IMG/VR virus record: IMGVR_UViG_3300047472_000449
Reading direction: 5' to 3' (one strand)
DNA length: 64,000 nucleotides
Source: a virus
Shown: piece by piece, positions 18,639 through 28,132 of the stretch
Numbering within the stretch: the stretch's first letter is position 1
Layout of the letters: every line of letters begins with the position of its first letter
Notes under the pieces: generated by a model
What the model saw: the letters and a program-made list of their open reading frames with translations, nothing else
Told to the model about the DNA's origin: nothing
The model's database searches: none
Position numbers and translations under genes: made by a program

Positions 18639-18926
18639 GGCAGCGCTCTCAGTAATCAGTAGTGAGTGGTCGAAAATCTAGTTGGTCAGTATGACAATGG
18701 CGAGCCTCATTGTCAATGGAAATGACGGTGGAGGGAGAGATAGAGCCCCACCGCTGGCCACCTTCAGCGTAAGCTGGAAAAAAAGGACATCGACAGATTT
18801 TCGGCGTGCAAGGCCCTTTGATTTCGCTTGATCCAGCAGTCTATTTGCCAGCAATTCATTGACAAAACACCATTATGTCAATACAATAAACACTACCAGA
18901 TAAGCTCACACTGTATCGAGGGCGCC

Positions 18927-19367
18927 ATGCCGAAAATGATCAAGATTAAAGCAACTCATCTGACCAATATCGCGCTTGATTATCTGGTAGCTCAGATTGA
19001 GGGTGAGTCCGTGCAATTTGATGGGGAGTTCATTCGTTACGCCCCGTCTCAGTTCAGTGATGAGGGTGTTTACAGCCCTTCGACCGATCCTGCTATCGGC
19101 TACCCGATCATCGAGCGCGAAAAAATCCAACTGCGTTTCATCGACAGCCCTGGTCACAAGCTGCATGGCCTCTGTCTGGCGCAGGGTTGCCAGTTTCGCC
19201 CGACCGACACCAGCGTTCAGTGGAAGTCTTTTGGCACCTTCTCCGTGGCTGCCTTGGACAAAGGTTACTTGAGTGGCCCAACCGGTCTTGTCGCCGCCAT
19301 GCGCTACTTCGTTTGCATGCGCCTGGGTGAGATCGTAGAAATTCCGGCCAATCTGAAAGGGCTTTAA
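18927..19367 (+). CDS. DUF2591/NinX-like phage protein
   Basis: LTNIALDYLVA, YSPSTD..GYPIIERE, GPTGLVAAMR..V...LG..VEIP motifs; TTGACA-N17-TACAAT promoter. Confidence 0.75.
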   Translation: MPKMIKIKATHLTNIALDYLVAQIEGESVQFDGEFIRYAPSQFSDEGVYSPSTDPAIGYPIIEREKIQLRFIDSPGHKLHGLCLAQGCQFRPTDTSVQWKSFGTFSVAALDKGYLSGPTGLVAAMRYFVCMRLGEIVEIPANLKGL

Positions 19368-19422
19368 AGCCCTTTTGACATCAAATCCTTTGTGACATGG
19401 ATCTGGTGTCTTGTTGAGCAAT

Positions 19423-19461
19423 GTCATTGCTATTGACATTGATCCACAGGAAAAGTATAAT
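19423..19461 (+). promoter_or_regulatory. sigma70 promoter + operator (plus strand)
   Basis: GTCATT GCT ATTGAC at 19423-19437; TTGACA-N17-TATAAT. Confidence 0.85.
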
Positions 19462-19497
19462 GACCCTATTGATACATAGATCACTCAAGGTGCGACC

Positions 19498-19743
19498 ATG
19501 AGCAAAGACGAAAGCAAAAAACCATCCGGTATCGCTGATGGCATGCGGATTTCTGGCATCCGGAAAGTTCTCAGTGAGCGTATGGTCAATTCCGATGTCA
19601 CTATTTACATCAATGCGGGTGTTTTTCAGGGTCGCATTTGCGAAACTGACGATGAGGATGTACTGGTATTGCATCGCCTCAAGGAAAATATTCGGATGGT
19701 GGTTGATATCAGCCATATTTATGCCGTGGAGTGGGCTCGCTAA
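19498..19743 (+). CDS. small Sm/Hfq-like fold protein (putative)
   Basis: VTIYINAGVFQGRICETDDEDVLVL ... MVVDISHIYAVE resembles Sm1/Sm2 pattern; inference. Confidence 0.55.
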   Translation: MSKDESKKPSGIADGMRISGIRKVLSERMVNSDVTIYINAGVFQGRICETDDEDVLVLHRLKENIRMVVDISHIYAVEWAR

Positions 19744-19848
19744 TACGCGGGTTGCTTCGAAGAAAACGCCACAAGCGGCCTTGATCACTCATTGGCTCTT
19801 GTGGCGTTTTCGTTTGGCATGACTGGCCGACTTGCCTAGAAGATAGGT

Positions 19849-20253
19849 CTATCCCCCTTGTCGGAGGATATTGCCCAATGTTCTTGGTTCATTGACGATC
19901 AGTTGCAGGAGAAAGGCTGCATGTTCCAGGGTCACAGGGTTGCCGCTGGCCAACAATGTGCAAAGACGAGGTGTGTCCACCTCATTACGCTTCAGTCCCA
20001 AGTGCTCAGTCGCTTCGCGGTAACGGGAAGTCATTTCTGCTCGATACTCCATCACCGCACTGTCGCCCGCATCGGCAAACCGCTTGCCGCTTCCATTGAT
20101 GAAAATCGATTCTCCGCAGTCAGGTTCCCGACACTCGATCCCTGACAGACCAGTCACGGTCTTTTCAATGTGTTTGCATCGCACGGTCATTGTCCGCCCG
20201 ATGAAATGCCCGGTATTGCGCGAACCGCAGGCCACACACCGTTGTTTTTTCAT
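19849..20253 (-). CDS. MqsA-like zinc-ribbon antitoxin-type protein (orphan)
   Basis: CVACG ... TVTGLSGIEC..PDCGE zinc ribbon; degenerate C-terminal HTH ending LLQLIVNEP. Confidence 0.65.
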   Translation of the reverse strand: MKKQRCVACGSRNTGHFIGRTMTVRCKHIEKTVTGLSGIECREPDCGESIFINGSGKRFADAGDSAVMEYRAEMTSRYREATEHLGLKRNEVDTPRLCTLLASGNPVTLEHAAFLLQLIVNEPRTLGNILRQGG

Positions 20254-20332
20254 GTTCAACTCTCCATTTCCAGGCTGCCGCCCAATTCGTCTGAATTGGA
20301 AAAACGGCACGCCTAAGCTGAAATGGAACCGC

Positions 20333-20554
20333 CTAGCCCGGCAGTTTGGGTTTCGGGATCTGCTTGAAGTTTTGCTTAGGCTGATCCTTCGAAACACCAT
20401 ACCAGTGACCCTGTGGGTTTTTGGCAATGGCGCGCAGGCTGGCCAGATTGCATTCTTTGCTCATCGCGTTGCGATGACCGCCACTCAGGTATTGCTTTAG
20501 GGCTCGATTAAACCGAATCAAGTCCAGGTTGCTGTGAAAATAAGGGCTTTTCAT
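20333..20554 (-). CDS. small basic hypothetical protein
   Basis: ORF in co-directional run. Confidence 0.5.
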   Translation of the reverse strand: MKSPYFHSNLDLIRFNRALKQYLSGGHRNAMSKECNLASLRAIAKNPQGHWYGVSKDQPKQNFKQIPKPKLPG

Positions 20555-20572
20555 GAAGTGCCTCGGTCTTGA

Positions 20573-20887
20573 TCAGTGCGGCTTGAGCGGCTTCAGGTCA
20601 TACGGCGTTTTAGCGTCAGGTGGCAGGCCACGTGCTTCACGAAACTGATGAGCTTGTGCCTCAGCGCGCATATCGGACAGGATGTCGAATTGTGCGTTGT
20701 ACTCAGGATTGACGCTGTTGGTGGCTCGGTAGGCGGCGTTCACTTTTTTACGCTGGGCTTCGATTTCGAGGTTCATGCGGCAATTCCTGAGTAAATCGTC
20801 ACTGGGTATGGTTGATACTATAACAATCCTACCGAAAATGTCAACATCTTTGACATGCTGGACGATGATTATGTCATTGTCTTCCAT
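20573..20887 (-). CDS. hypothetical protein
   Basis: ORF track; plausible composition. Confidence 0.55.
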   Translation of the reverse strand: MEDNDIIIVQHVKDVDIFGRIVIVSTIPSDDLLRNCRMNLEIEAQRKKVNAAYRATNSVNPEYNAQFDILSDMRAEAQAHQFREARGLPPDAKTPYDLKPLKPH

Positions 20888-20939
20888 GTCAATCTTTGCT
20901 ATAATAGTCCTATTAAAAGCGATTCACAATAGGCTCAAC

Positions 20940-21206
20940 ATGACACTGATGACTGTCTCGAATGATCACTTCAAAACGTTGATGGAAGAGGATTTGGCTT
21001 CCATCAAAGGGCAGAAGGCGTATTGTGAAAACGCTCTCACCAATACTTTGCTCAAGCCTTGGGAAGTCAAGGAATACAGTGGTTTGGTCTCAAGTTACGA
21101 GGCTCAGATTCAGGTGTTGGAGCAGCGCCTGGACAACATGCAGTTCGCCGCAAAGGCGTCGGCAGAGGCGGTGAGTATTTTTGAGCTACCAAGCAGAGAA
21201 AAGTAG
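20940..21206 (+). CDS. hypothetical coiled-coil protein
   Basis: ORF divergent from 20887. Confidence 0.55.
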   Translation: MTLMTVSNDHFKTLMEEDLASIKGQKAYCENALTNTLLKPWEVKEYSGLVSSYEAQIQVLEQRLDNMQFAAKASAEAVSIFELPSREK

Positions 21207-21286
21207 CAGGAATGCCTGACTTTTATTGACATAACAAGCTGACATCGCTATGATAAACGCTTTATTAAATGGCAACTTGGTCTTAA

Positions 21287-21697
21287 ATGGACATTAATTC
21301 GATCACTGCTGTATCCGTGGGCTGTCCTTGCAGTCACAGGCCGCAACCGCAGCCTTACGAGATTTCGCCTTACCTGTGGCTGTTGGGTGCCAAGCACTGC
21401 CTGGATCATTTGCATGATTCTGTCGAGGGGAAACCTGCTGATCAGCTACGTGAAAACGTCCTGAATATTGGTTATCTGCGTCAGGTGCGCGACTACATCG
21501 GCAATCCTTGCCCTGTTACCTCCGAACGCCTGGAAGCGGCCTGGAACAGGCTGACGCACGTGTTTTTCAAAGGCGCAGAGGACGTGGAGAAAGCAGCGCA
21601 GGATCTGCTCCATATCAATCAGGTTCATCCAACTTGCGCGTTGCGCGTGGTGGATCGACGCGGTGTTACGTTCACCCTGTCGATGCCATTTGGTTGA
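21287..21697 (+). CDS. hypothetical protein
   Basis: TTGACA-N17-TATGAT promoter at 21226-21254. Confidence 0.65.
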   Translation: MDINSITAVSVGCPCSHRPQPQPYEISPYLWLLGAKHCLDHLHDSVEGKPADQLRENVLNIGYLRQVRDYIGNPCPVTSERLEAAWNRLTHVFFKGAEDVEKAAQDLLHINQVHPTCALRVVDRRGVTFTLSMPFG

Positions 21698-21731
21698 ACA
21701 CAATCAAACAATCATTCGGGACTGTCAGTCG

Positions 21732-22013
21732 ATGAGACGAATTACCCGCTTGCCTTTTTTCCTGATCATTTTGGGCAGCATTGGTGCTGCCATGGCCTTG
21801 TCTTCGCCCCTGAGTGATTCCTTGTCCGAGACACTGGTGCTGACGCTGCACGGGGCCATCGTAGTGGCCTTGCTGTGGGCTAGTCTTGCACGCCTCAAAG
21901 ACACTGGTTTGCCGGGCGCCAACCTTGTGTTGCTGCTGTTGGTGCCGGTCGGCCCACTCATTCTGGCGGCGATGATGTTCAAAAAAAGCACACACCACCC
22001 GGAGATTTCATGA
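21732..22013 (+). CDS. DUF805-like small membrane protein
   Basis: ARLKDTGLPGANLVLLLLVPVGPLIL motif. Confidence 0.65.
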   Translation: MRRITRLPFFLIILGSIGAAMALSSPLSDSLSETLVLTLHGAIVVALLWASLARLKDTGLPGANLVLLLLVPVGPLILAAMMFKKSTHHPEIS

Positions 22014-22282
22014 TGACTGACGAAGCGCAGAAACCGCTCAAAAAAGAGAACGTCGGCTGATCCTGCTGAGCTATTTGTTTGTGTTTTGCTGTATTTATTT
22101 TGCAGGCAATTATCTTGTCGATAAGTCATCTGAAGCGACCGACAAAATGAAACAGAATGTCGGTGTTGCCGAACAGGTCATCAAGGATACACAAAACCTT
22201 CTTAGCGACACAAAACCATCAACACTGTCGCCACACCACTAATTCTCAACTAATCATCAATTTGATATTCAACGGAGTCACC

Positions 22283-24604
22283 GTGATTTCAGGCCCTATT
22301 CGCAATAAAAAAGACGCCACAACACTTAATCAAAAAAATCTCGTGACTGATGTGACCAACCTCAACGGCACGCGGGTATTTGCCGAGGTGACCCCAGCTG
22401 GCATTTATGATGTGGTCAGGGCGCTGACGTGTTTTGATGGCCCGGTTTCGATTGGTGGTGGACGCTTCAGCATGGGTGGCCAGATCGCCAGTGAGGGCAG
22501 TCTTCATTTGGACATGCGCAACCTTGCGAACATTGATGAACCTAAGTTCAACAACGGTATCCACACCATTTTTGTTCAGGCTGGGGCGACGTGGAAGGAT
22601 GTTCAGCGTCGCATTGATCCGCATGACTTGTCTGTGTCGATTATGCAAACCTATTCCAACTTCACCGTGGGTGGCTCGCTGAGTGTGAATGTGCATGGCC
22701 GATATGTCGGCCAGGGCGCGCTGATTCATTCGGTGCAGTCCATTTTGCTGGTGTTGGCTGACGGCACGCTTAAAACAGCATCACGCACCGAAAATCCCGA
22801 GTTGTTCTTCGGCGCCATTGGTGGTTATGGTGGCATCGGCGTAATCGTTGGGGCTACGTTGATCTTGGCCAAAAATACCAAGGTTGAGCGTTCGTCGAAA
22901 GTCATGCCGCTGGAGGATTACCTGCACTACTTCCAGACCGAAGTGGCCAGTAAAGCCGATCAGGTGGTGTTTCATAACGGCAATCTGTGCCCGCCTCACT
23001 ACTCCACCGTACGAGCCATTTCGTGGAGTCAGACCGACAAGCCAGTCACCCAGCCTGCTCGCCTGTACGAGAAGCGCAAACTGTACCCGCTGCACAAGTA
23101 CGCAATGTGGTCGGTCAGCGAGCTGCCGTTCGGCAAATGGCGTCGTGAGCACATCATTGAGCCGCTGCTGGATCGCAAACCGGCTGTACATTGGCGCAAC
23201 TACGAGGCCGGGTACGACGTGGCTGAACTGGAGCCGGTCACCCGCAGCTACCGAACCTATGTGCTTCAGGAGTACTTTGTGCCGGTCACGCACTGCGCAG
23301 CTTTCGTCAAGCGCATGGGGGACGTGCTCAACCAGCACAACGTCAACGTCATCAACGTGTCTATTCGTCACGCCAAGGCGGATCAGGAGTCGTACCTGTC
23401 CTGGGCGCAGGAAGAGGTGTTTGCCTTTGTCCTGTACTACAAGCAGGGTGTGACACCGGCTGACCAAAAGGCAGTGGGGGTATGGACACGTGAGCTGGTG
23501 CGTCTTGCTTCGCAGTTCGGCGGTTCGTTCTACCTGCCTTATCAGCCGCATGCCACCCGTGAGCAGTTCGATGTGGCCTACCCTCGGGCGGCAAAGTTGT
23601 TTGCTCTCAAAGACCGTCTTGACCCTCATTATCGTTTCCGCAATGTGATTTGGGAGACGTATTACAAAGAATCCTCGGCCACTCAAAGCCGTAATCCGAA
23701 TCACCAACGCATGGAAATCACGGGCATGGAAGGCGAGCTGAGCATTGCAAACTCTGAGTTTCGGGGAGTGATGGCTGACAAGTACTGGCAAGATCAGCTC
23801 TATTTGTTCCTGCAAAACGTGTATGGCCTTTACCCAGCGGCGTCGCTGTTCCAATTGATCGAGCAGCAGTGCGTCGTCTACATGCGTGATGAGGCCATCT
23901 ATCGTTCCACTCAGGAGCGCCTGGGTGAACTGACCAACCCGGTGCGGGCTGCGTTCATGGGCCTTGCGGCGCTGAGCAAGCAGAAGAAAGAAATGGCCGT
24001 CCAAGTGCATTCGTTGACCGGTGGCGGGCGTGCTCGTGCGGTAAACAGCTACGTTGAGATTGGCTCCAAGGGCCGCTACTTCAAGGGCAGTTGCAACACG
24101 AAGGAAGTGGTGCAAGCGCAGTTCGTCGAAGAAAAACCAGTCGGCTACTCGCCGTTGGACATTCTTGAGCGTGGTGCGGTGCCGATTACCGGTCAACAGT
24201 ACCTGCTGGCTGATTACGAGCCGTTGCAAGTGACCGGGCGCGGCCAGATGGACATGGTGACCTGCTTTATCGGCCTACACCATATTGCGCCGGAAAAACT
24301 GGAGGCGTTCGTGCGCTCGATTGCCGACTCGCTGGCCACCGGGGGTGTGTTCATCTTGCGCGAGCACAATGTCGAGACCCCGGAGATGCACCGTTTTGTC
24401 TCGCTGATCCATACCGTGTTCAACATGGGTCTCAAGGAGTCCTGGGACACTGATAGCCGCGAACTGCGCCACTTCCGCAGCCTGAGCTACTGGATCAACT
24501 TGCTCGACAGTGTGGGCCTCACGCTGGAGTCAGGGCCGATCTATCAAAAAGGTGATCCATCCCTTAACGGCCTGATGATGTTCCGTCGCCGTGCTGATGA
24601 CTGA
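22283..24604 (+). CDS. FAD-binding oxidoreductase (VAO/PCMH type) fused to a class I SAM-methyltransferase-like domain
   Basis: GGGRFSMGGQ, VQAGATW, TVGGSLSVNVHG, GGYGGIGVI; C-terminal VTCFIGLHH..GGVFILREH; GTG start with GGAG RBS. Confidence 0.85.
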   Translation: MISGPIRNKKDATTLNQKNLVTDVTNLNGTRVFAEVTPAGIYDVVRALTCFDGPVSIGGGRFSMGGQIASEGSLHLDMRNLANIDEPKFNNGIHTIFVQAGATWKDVQRRIDPHDLSVSIMQTYSNFTVGGSLSVNVHGRYVGQGALIHSVQSILLVLADGTLKTASRTENPELFFGAIGGYGGIGVIVGATLILAKNTKVERSSKVMPLEDYLHYFQTEVASKADQVVFHNGNLCPPHYSTVRAISWSQTDKPVTQPARLYEKRKLYPLHKYAMWSVSELPFGKWRREHIIEPLLDRKPAVHWRNYEAGYDVAELEPVTRSYRTYVLQEYFVPVTHCAAFVKRMGDVLNQHNVNVINVSIRHAKADQESYLSWAQEEVFAFVLYYKQGVTPADQKAVGVWTRELVRLASQFGGSFYLPYQPHATREQFDVAYPRAAKLFALKDRLDPHYRFRNVIWETYYKESSATQSRNPNHQRMEITGMEGELSIANSEFRGVMADKYWQDQLYLFLQNVYGLYPAASLFQLIEQQCVVYMRDEAIYRSTQERLGELTNPVRAAFMGLAALSKQKKEMAVQVHSLTGGGRARAVNSYVEIGSKGRYFKGSCNTKEVVQAQFVEEKPVGYSPLDILERGAVPITGQQYLLADYEPLQVTGRGQMDMVTCFIGLHHIAPEKLEAFVRSIADSLATGGVFILREHNVETPEMHRFVSLIHTVFNMGLKESWDTDSRELRHFRSLSYWINLLDSVGLTLESGPIYQKGDPSLNGLMMFRRRADD

Positions 24605-24609
24605 TCAAC

Positions 24610-25755
24610 ATGAACACGAAAAAGATCACCGGCAGCCTGTTGGCTGCCCTGCTGGCCAGCAGCACCGTGGTGAACACCGCCCAAGCGGATGCCACGGTTA
24701 CTGCGATCATTCTTCCTATGGTGACCGAAATGATGGTTAACGATAAAAACAAAGCGGCTGAAGCGCCTGAGGCGTCAGCAGAGCGAAAGAGCACCCTGAC
24801 CCCACCTGAGCATGTGCGCCGCGAGGATCAAACGCTGCTGACGATCCCAGAGTGGTTCCTGGTACATAGTCCGAAGGAGTACGCCAATTACATCAAGGCC
24901 GAGCGACCTTCGCGCTTCCCGTTCTTTGGTCACATTCGCCAGTTCTGGAGCACCTACGCCGCCGTCCACAAGGCCACCAAGGATCGCTACAGCTTTAATT
25001 TCGAATACCATGCGGTCGTCATGACCATCGGTATCAGCACCACTGTGGAATACGCCATCAAGGGCGCCTATGAGGCAGTGTTCGGCGCCTTGACCGAACG
25101 GCGTGAGCCCAAAGCCTACCGCACTGCCGAAGACGAATACGCAGCAAAAATCGCCCGTGATTACGTGAATTTTATTGTGGTTGATCCCTGGTACAAGTTC
25201 GACTTCATGGCGGCATTCAACGGCCTATGGGATCTGCCAAAAGAAGGCGAACACCGAGTGCGCAAGTGGGAGCGCCGCTTTGCACTCTCCGCTGAATACC
25301 TCGCCAAGTCCGGCTATGCCTGGGTGATCAAAAAGACCACCCAAGCCAGCTTTGATCCGCCCAAACCGGTCACTGCTGTGGTGGCACGTTTCAAAACAAA
25401 GCCTTCGCCTCAGCAGGTGCCCGGTATGACGGTGCTCAAGCAGATCGATGCTCATCGTTATCTGATCACCCTGCCCCGTTACCAAGCTTTTTCAGACAGT
25501 GCTGTTGCTCTGGCTCGGGCTGGCGCCGACTTTGAGGAAATCGCGGGCAACAATGAGTTCATTGTGCTCAGCGTCCTCACCAAAAGCGACTTCGATGAAT
25601 CGAAAATGGGGGCCAGCGTGGTGCTGCGCCAGCCAATTATCACTGTTCCAGGCATGGAACGCGTGGTGTTTCGTGTGCCGATCAGCGAGTTGTCTACGGC
25701 ACTCATCAAGGCCCGCCATGCAGGCTATAACATCGAACACATCTACGATTTCTAA
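24610..25755 (+). CDS. conserved hypothetical partner of the FAD oxidoreductase, signal peptide-like N-terminus
   Basis: 381 aa, 5 nt after upstream stop. Confidence 0.8.
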   Translation: MNTKKITGSLLAALLASSTVVNTAQADATVTAIILPMVTEMMVNDKNKAAEAPEASAERKSTLTPPEHVRREDQTLLTIPEWFLVHSPKEYANYIKAERPSRFPFFGHIRQFWSTYAAVHKATKDRYSFNFEYHAVVMTIGISTTVEYAIKGAYEAVFGALTERREPKAYRTAEDEYAAKIARDYVNFIVVDPWYKFDFMAAFNGLWDLPKEGEHRVRKWERRFALSAEYLAKSGYAWVIKKTTQASFDPPKPVTAVVARFKTKPSPQQVPGMTVLKQIDAHRYLITLPRYQAFSDSAVALARAGADFEEIAGNNEFIVLSVLTKSDFDESKMGASVVLRQPIITVPGMERVVFRVPISELSTALIKARHAGYNIEHIYDF

Positions 25756-25777
25756 GGCGAAATACCTGCAATTCCTT

Positions 25778-25816
25778 GTCAATGGCATTGACTATTGACC
25801 GTCGGGCGGGTATAAT
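25778..25816 (+). promoter_or_regulatory. sigma70 promoter + perfect operator
   Basis: GTCAAT GGC ATTGAC at 25778-25792; TTGACT-N17-TATAAT. Confidence 0.85.
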
Positions 25817-25845
25817 GATCACCTATCAAAGACAAGGAGTTTGCC

Positions 25846-26007
25846 ATGGAAATCGTACTGTACGTCTTGGCCATGTTCGGCGGCTCGCTTCAGTATGAGC
25901 CAGTGTTTTTCTGGTCGGTCATGTCGGCCATTGTGGTCGGCGCCATCGCGGTCTATGTCCTGACCGGGCGCCTGTTGCAAAAAACTCGCAAGTCGAAAGC
26001 GGCGTAA
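25846..26007 (+). CDS. 53-aa membrane peptide (absent from ORF track)
   Basis: AAGGAG RBS; MEIVLYVLAMFGGSLQYEPVFFWSVMSAIVVGAIAVYVLTGRLLQKTRKSKAA. Confidence 0.75.
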   Translation: MEIVLYVLAMFGGSLQYEPVFFWSVMSAIVVGAIAVYVLTGRLLQKTRKSKAA

Positions 26008-26043
26008 GCTCTCGACTTCCTTAATCGGTGTTACCATCACCGT

Positions 26044-26195
26044 AGGGCGGTTACAGGGGTCTGCATCAGGAATGAACAGATCGCGCCCGGCTACTGTGAT
26101 GAGCAGTTCGGCCATGCCGAGGTAACAGCTTCCTGCCCTGCCCCTCACCGGGCAGCAGAACCCTGAAGATGCAAACGTCTTCAGGGTTGTTTTTT
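26044..26195 (+). ncRNA. structured ncRNA candidate, copy 1
   Basis: extended -10 TGtTACCAT 6 nt upstream; conserved core shared with copy 2; terminator AACCCTGAAGA/TCTTCAGGGTT+T-run. Confidence 0.65.
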
Positions 26196-26286
26196 GTCCT
26201 CTGTTTGGGTTTTACCTGAGTATTTAACGACCATTGACCGGTAGACGACCCATCTATTATCTGAAGATTGGTGCTAAGCTACTGAT

Positions 26287-26422
26287 AGGGCGGCTTCAGG
26301 GGGTCGAAAGATCGCGCCCAGCTGCTGTGATAAGCAGTTCGTCAATGACGAGGTGACAGCTTCCTGATCAACCCTAGGCAGGGTGACAGTGCCCCGGAGG
26401 TGGAAACGCCTTCGGGGCTTTT
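26287..26422 (+). ncRNA. structured ncRNA candidate, copy 2
   Basis: extended -10 TGcTAAGCT 6 nt upstream; compensatory stem TCGTC/GACGA vs TCGGC/GCCGA; terminator GCCCCGGAGG/CCTTCGGGGC+TTTT. Confidence 0.65.
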
Positions 26423-26515
26423 AATGCCTTGAATTTGAGTTTTAACGTTGGAGCAGATAGTTAATCCGCTCATTGCCAACTAAAGTCAGATGATCAAAGA
26501 CGCCGTTCCCAGTAG

Positions 26516-26710
26516 GTGATGATTATGGAGAATCAGACATTCAACCAGTGGCTGCATGAGGGTAATCGTTATGAGGCGCTACAGGACGTTTACTTCGAAG
26601 ACCGACTTGGGCCTGGGAATGACTTTTTGAAGTGGGCTCAGGCCATGTACTGCGCCAAGCAGGCGCTGCTCAGTGATGGACAAAAGGCGCCACCATGGCC
26701 ATTCAATTAA
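26516..26710 (+). CDS. small hypothetical protein
   Basis: ORF track. Confidence 0.5.
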   Translation: MMIMENQTFNQWLHEGNRYEALQDVYFEDRLGPGNDFLKWAQAMYCAKQALLSDGQKAPPWPFN

Positions 26711-26756
26711 ATGGCCACAGAACAGCGACAAGGGATAACCAGGACGGCGCCCTCGC

Positions 26757-27251
26757 CTACTTGCGGTCTTCCTGCTGAGAACGCTGGTGAATCAACGCTT
26801 CCAGCTCATTCAGCGTGTTCTCAGCCTCAATCACCAAGGGATGTCGTTCGCGTGGTTCCGGGGCAGGAAACAGCGCAGGGAAGATCTTCGGAAACTTCCA
26901 GACCAGCAGGCCGATACTCACAACCCCGACCGTCGAAGCACTGACCAGCCAGTTGGGGGCGACATCGTTTTGAATTATCCCGAACAGGTGGCCGATGAAA
27001 AACGTCACCAGTCCGATGAGAGTGGCCAGAACGCCACCCCCAATGATCAGGATGGTGACGGTCATGCAGATGAATGCCAGCAATTCTTTAGCGACATCGA
27101 CCGGGTATTTGCTGGAATATTGGCCACAGGTGCCGACAGTGTGGAACTTCTGGCAGTCCTTGCACTTTGGCGTATGAAAGTCCTGTTTCAGGAGGCGCCA
27201 CCGCCGAGCGATTGCGGCATGAACTTTCGGGGTAAATTGGTCGGTATTCAT
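26757..27251 (-). CDS. membrane protein with N-terminal CxxC
   Basis: two TM helices after CKDCQKFH..C. Confidence 0.65.
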   Translation of the reverse strand: MNTDQFTPKVHAAIARRWRLLKQDFHTPKCKDCQKFHTVGTCGQYSSKYPVDVAKELLAFICMTVTILIIGGGVLATLIGLVTFFIGHLFGIIQNDVAPNWLVSASTVGVVSIGLLVWKFPKIFPALFPAPEPRERHPLVIEAENTLNELEALIHQRSQQEDRK

Positions 27252-27354
27252 GTAAACCCTCAGCGTGATCCTTTAATTTAATTATGCAACAAAGCCCGGC
27301 AGATTGCTCTGTCGGGCTTGGTGCTGGTGCAGCCTTTTGAGCTGCATTTGCAGC

Positions 27355-27726
27355 TTATTTGGCAGCAAACTCAGCCAGCGAAGCCTTGGCTGTTTCCATG
27401 GTGTCAAACGGCCCCGACACGTTTTCTTGCTGGGCGATGTTGAATACAAAAAACGGGCCTGTGGTGCATCCGCTCTCCAGTACATCTTCGTCGTTGGTGC
27501 CGTCGATGCACAGTGCTTGAGCCTTGAGGTTGTAGGCAAAGCTGCCATCGTTTGGAATCGCCAGCAGCGAGCAATGCATCTGCCGAAGGGCATCCTGCAC
27601 AGCTTCAAGCGTCTCGTATTGTTCAGGCAAGGCCTTTTGCAGCGTCAGGTTGAACAGTGCGTACGGAGCCCCCGTCCCGGTAATGGTCAACTGTTCGCAG
27701 AAACGATTGCAGTAGATATTGGACAT
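27355..27726 (-). CDS. hypothetical protein
   Basis: operon-like run. Confidence 0.65.
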   Translation of the reverse strand: MSNIYCNRFCEQLTITGTGAPYALFNLTLQKALPEQYETLEAVQDALRQMHCSLLAIPNDGSFAYNLKAQALCIDGTNDEDVLESGCTTGPFFVFNIAQQENVSGPFDTMETAKASLAEFAAK

Positions 27727-27766
27727 GAGAATGCAGGCCTTTGTGAAGAGAGGAATGGGCTACCGA

Positions 27767-28132
27767 TCAGGGTTGGCTGGCGACGGGCATCATGGGTGCA
27801 TTGAAGAACGAGTTCACTTCGGTAAAACCGGCATCCCGGTAACACTGCCACCACGCTTCCACTTCAGCCGTGGCACTTGAGGATTGATCAGTCATGTCTC
27901 GCAGTCCATTGCGCAGATCAATTGCCAGCAAGGCGCAGGCCTTGAAAGCAGCCTCCGGTTTTAGATCATCCTTGGACAGCACCACAAGCGCAGTCTCATG
28001 TCGTGATCGTACATAGTGGAAGGCGCCAGCGGGAAGCTCGCCGCTCATGTACTCTTTATGTGCGGCAGCAAGATTCACATCCAGAATCGGCATGACGCTG
28101 GTAAGGCTGATTTTCAGAGCTTGAATATCCAT
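27767..28132 (-). CDS. hypothetical protein
   Basis: AGGAG RBS; promoter/operator at 28211-28249. Confidence 0.7.
   Translation of the reverse strand: MDIQALKISLTSVMPILDVNLAAAHKEYMSGELPAGAFHYVRSRHETALVVLSKDDLKPEAAFKACALLAIDLRNGLRDMTDQSSSATAEVEAWWQCYRDAGFTEVNSFFNAPMMPVASQP

Noticed and set aside
26044-26422. Hammerhead ribozyme (CTGTGATGAG) or type I-C CRISPR repeat mimic (TCGCGCCC)
   Set aside because: No CUGANGA/GAAA-UH core in both copies; similarity to the I-C repeat is only 8 nt
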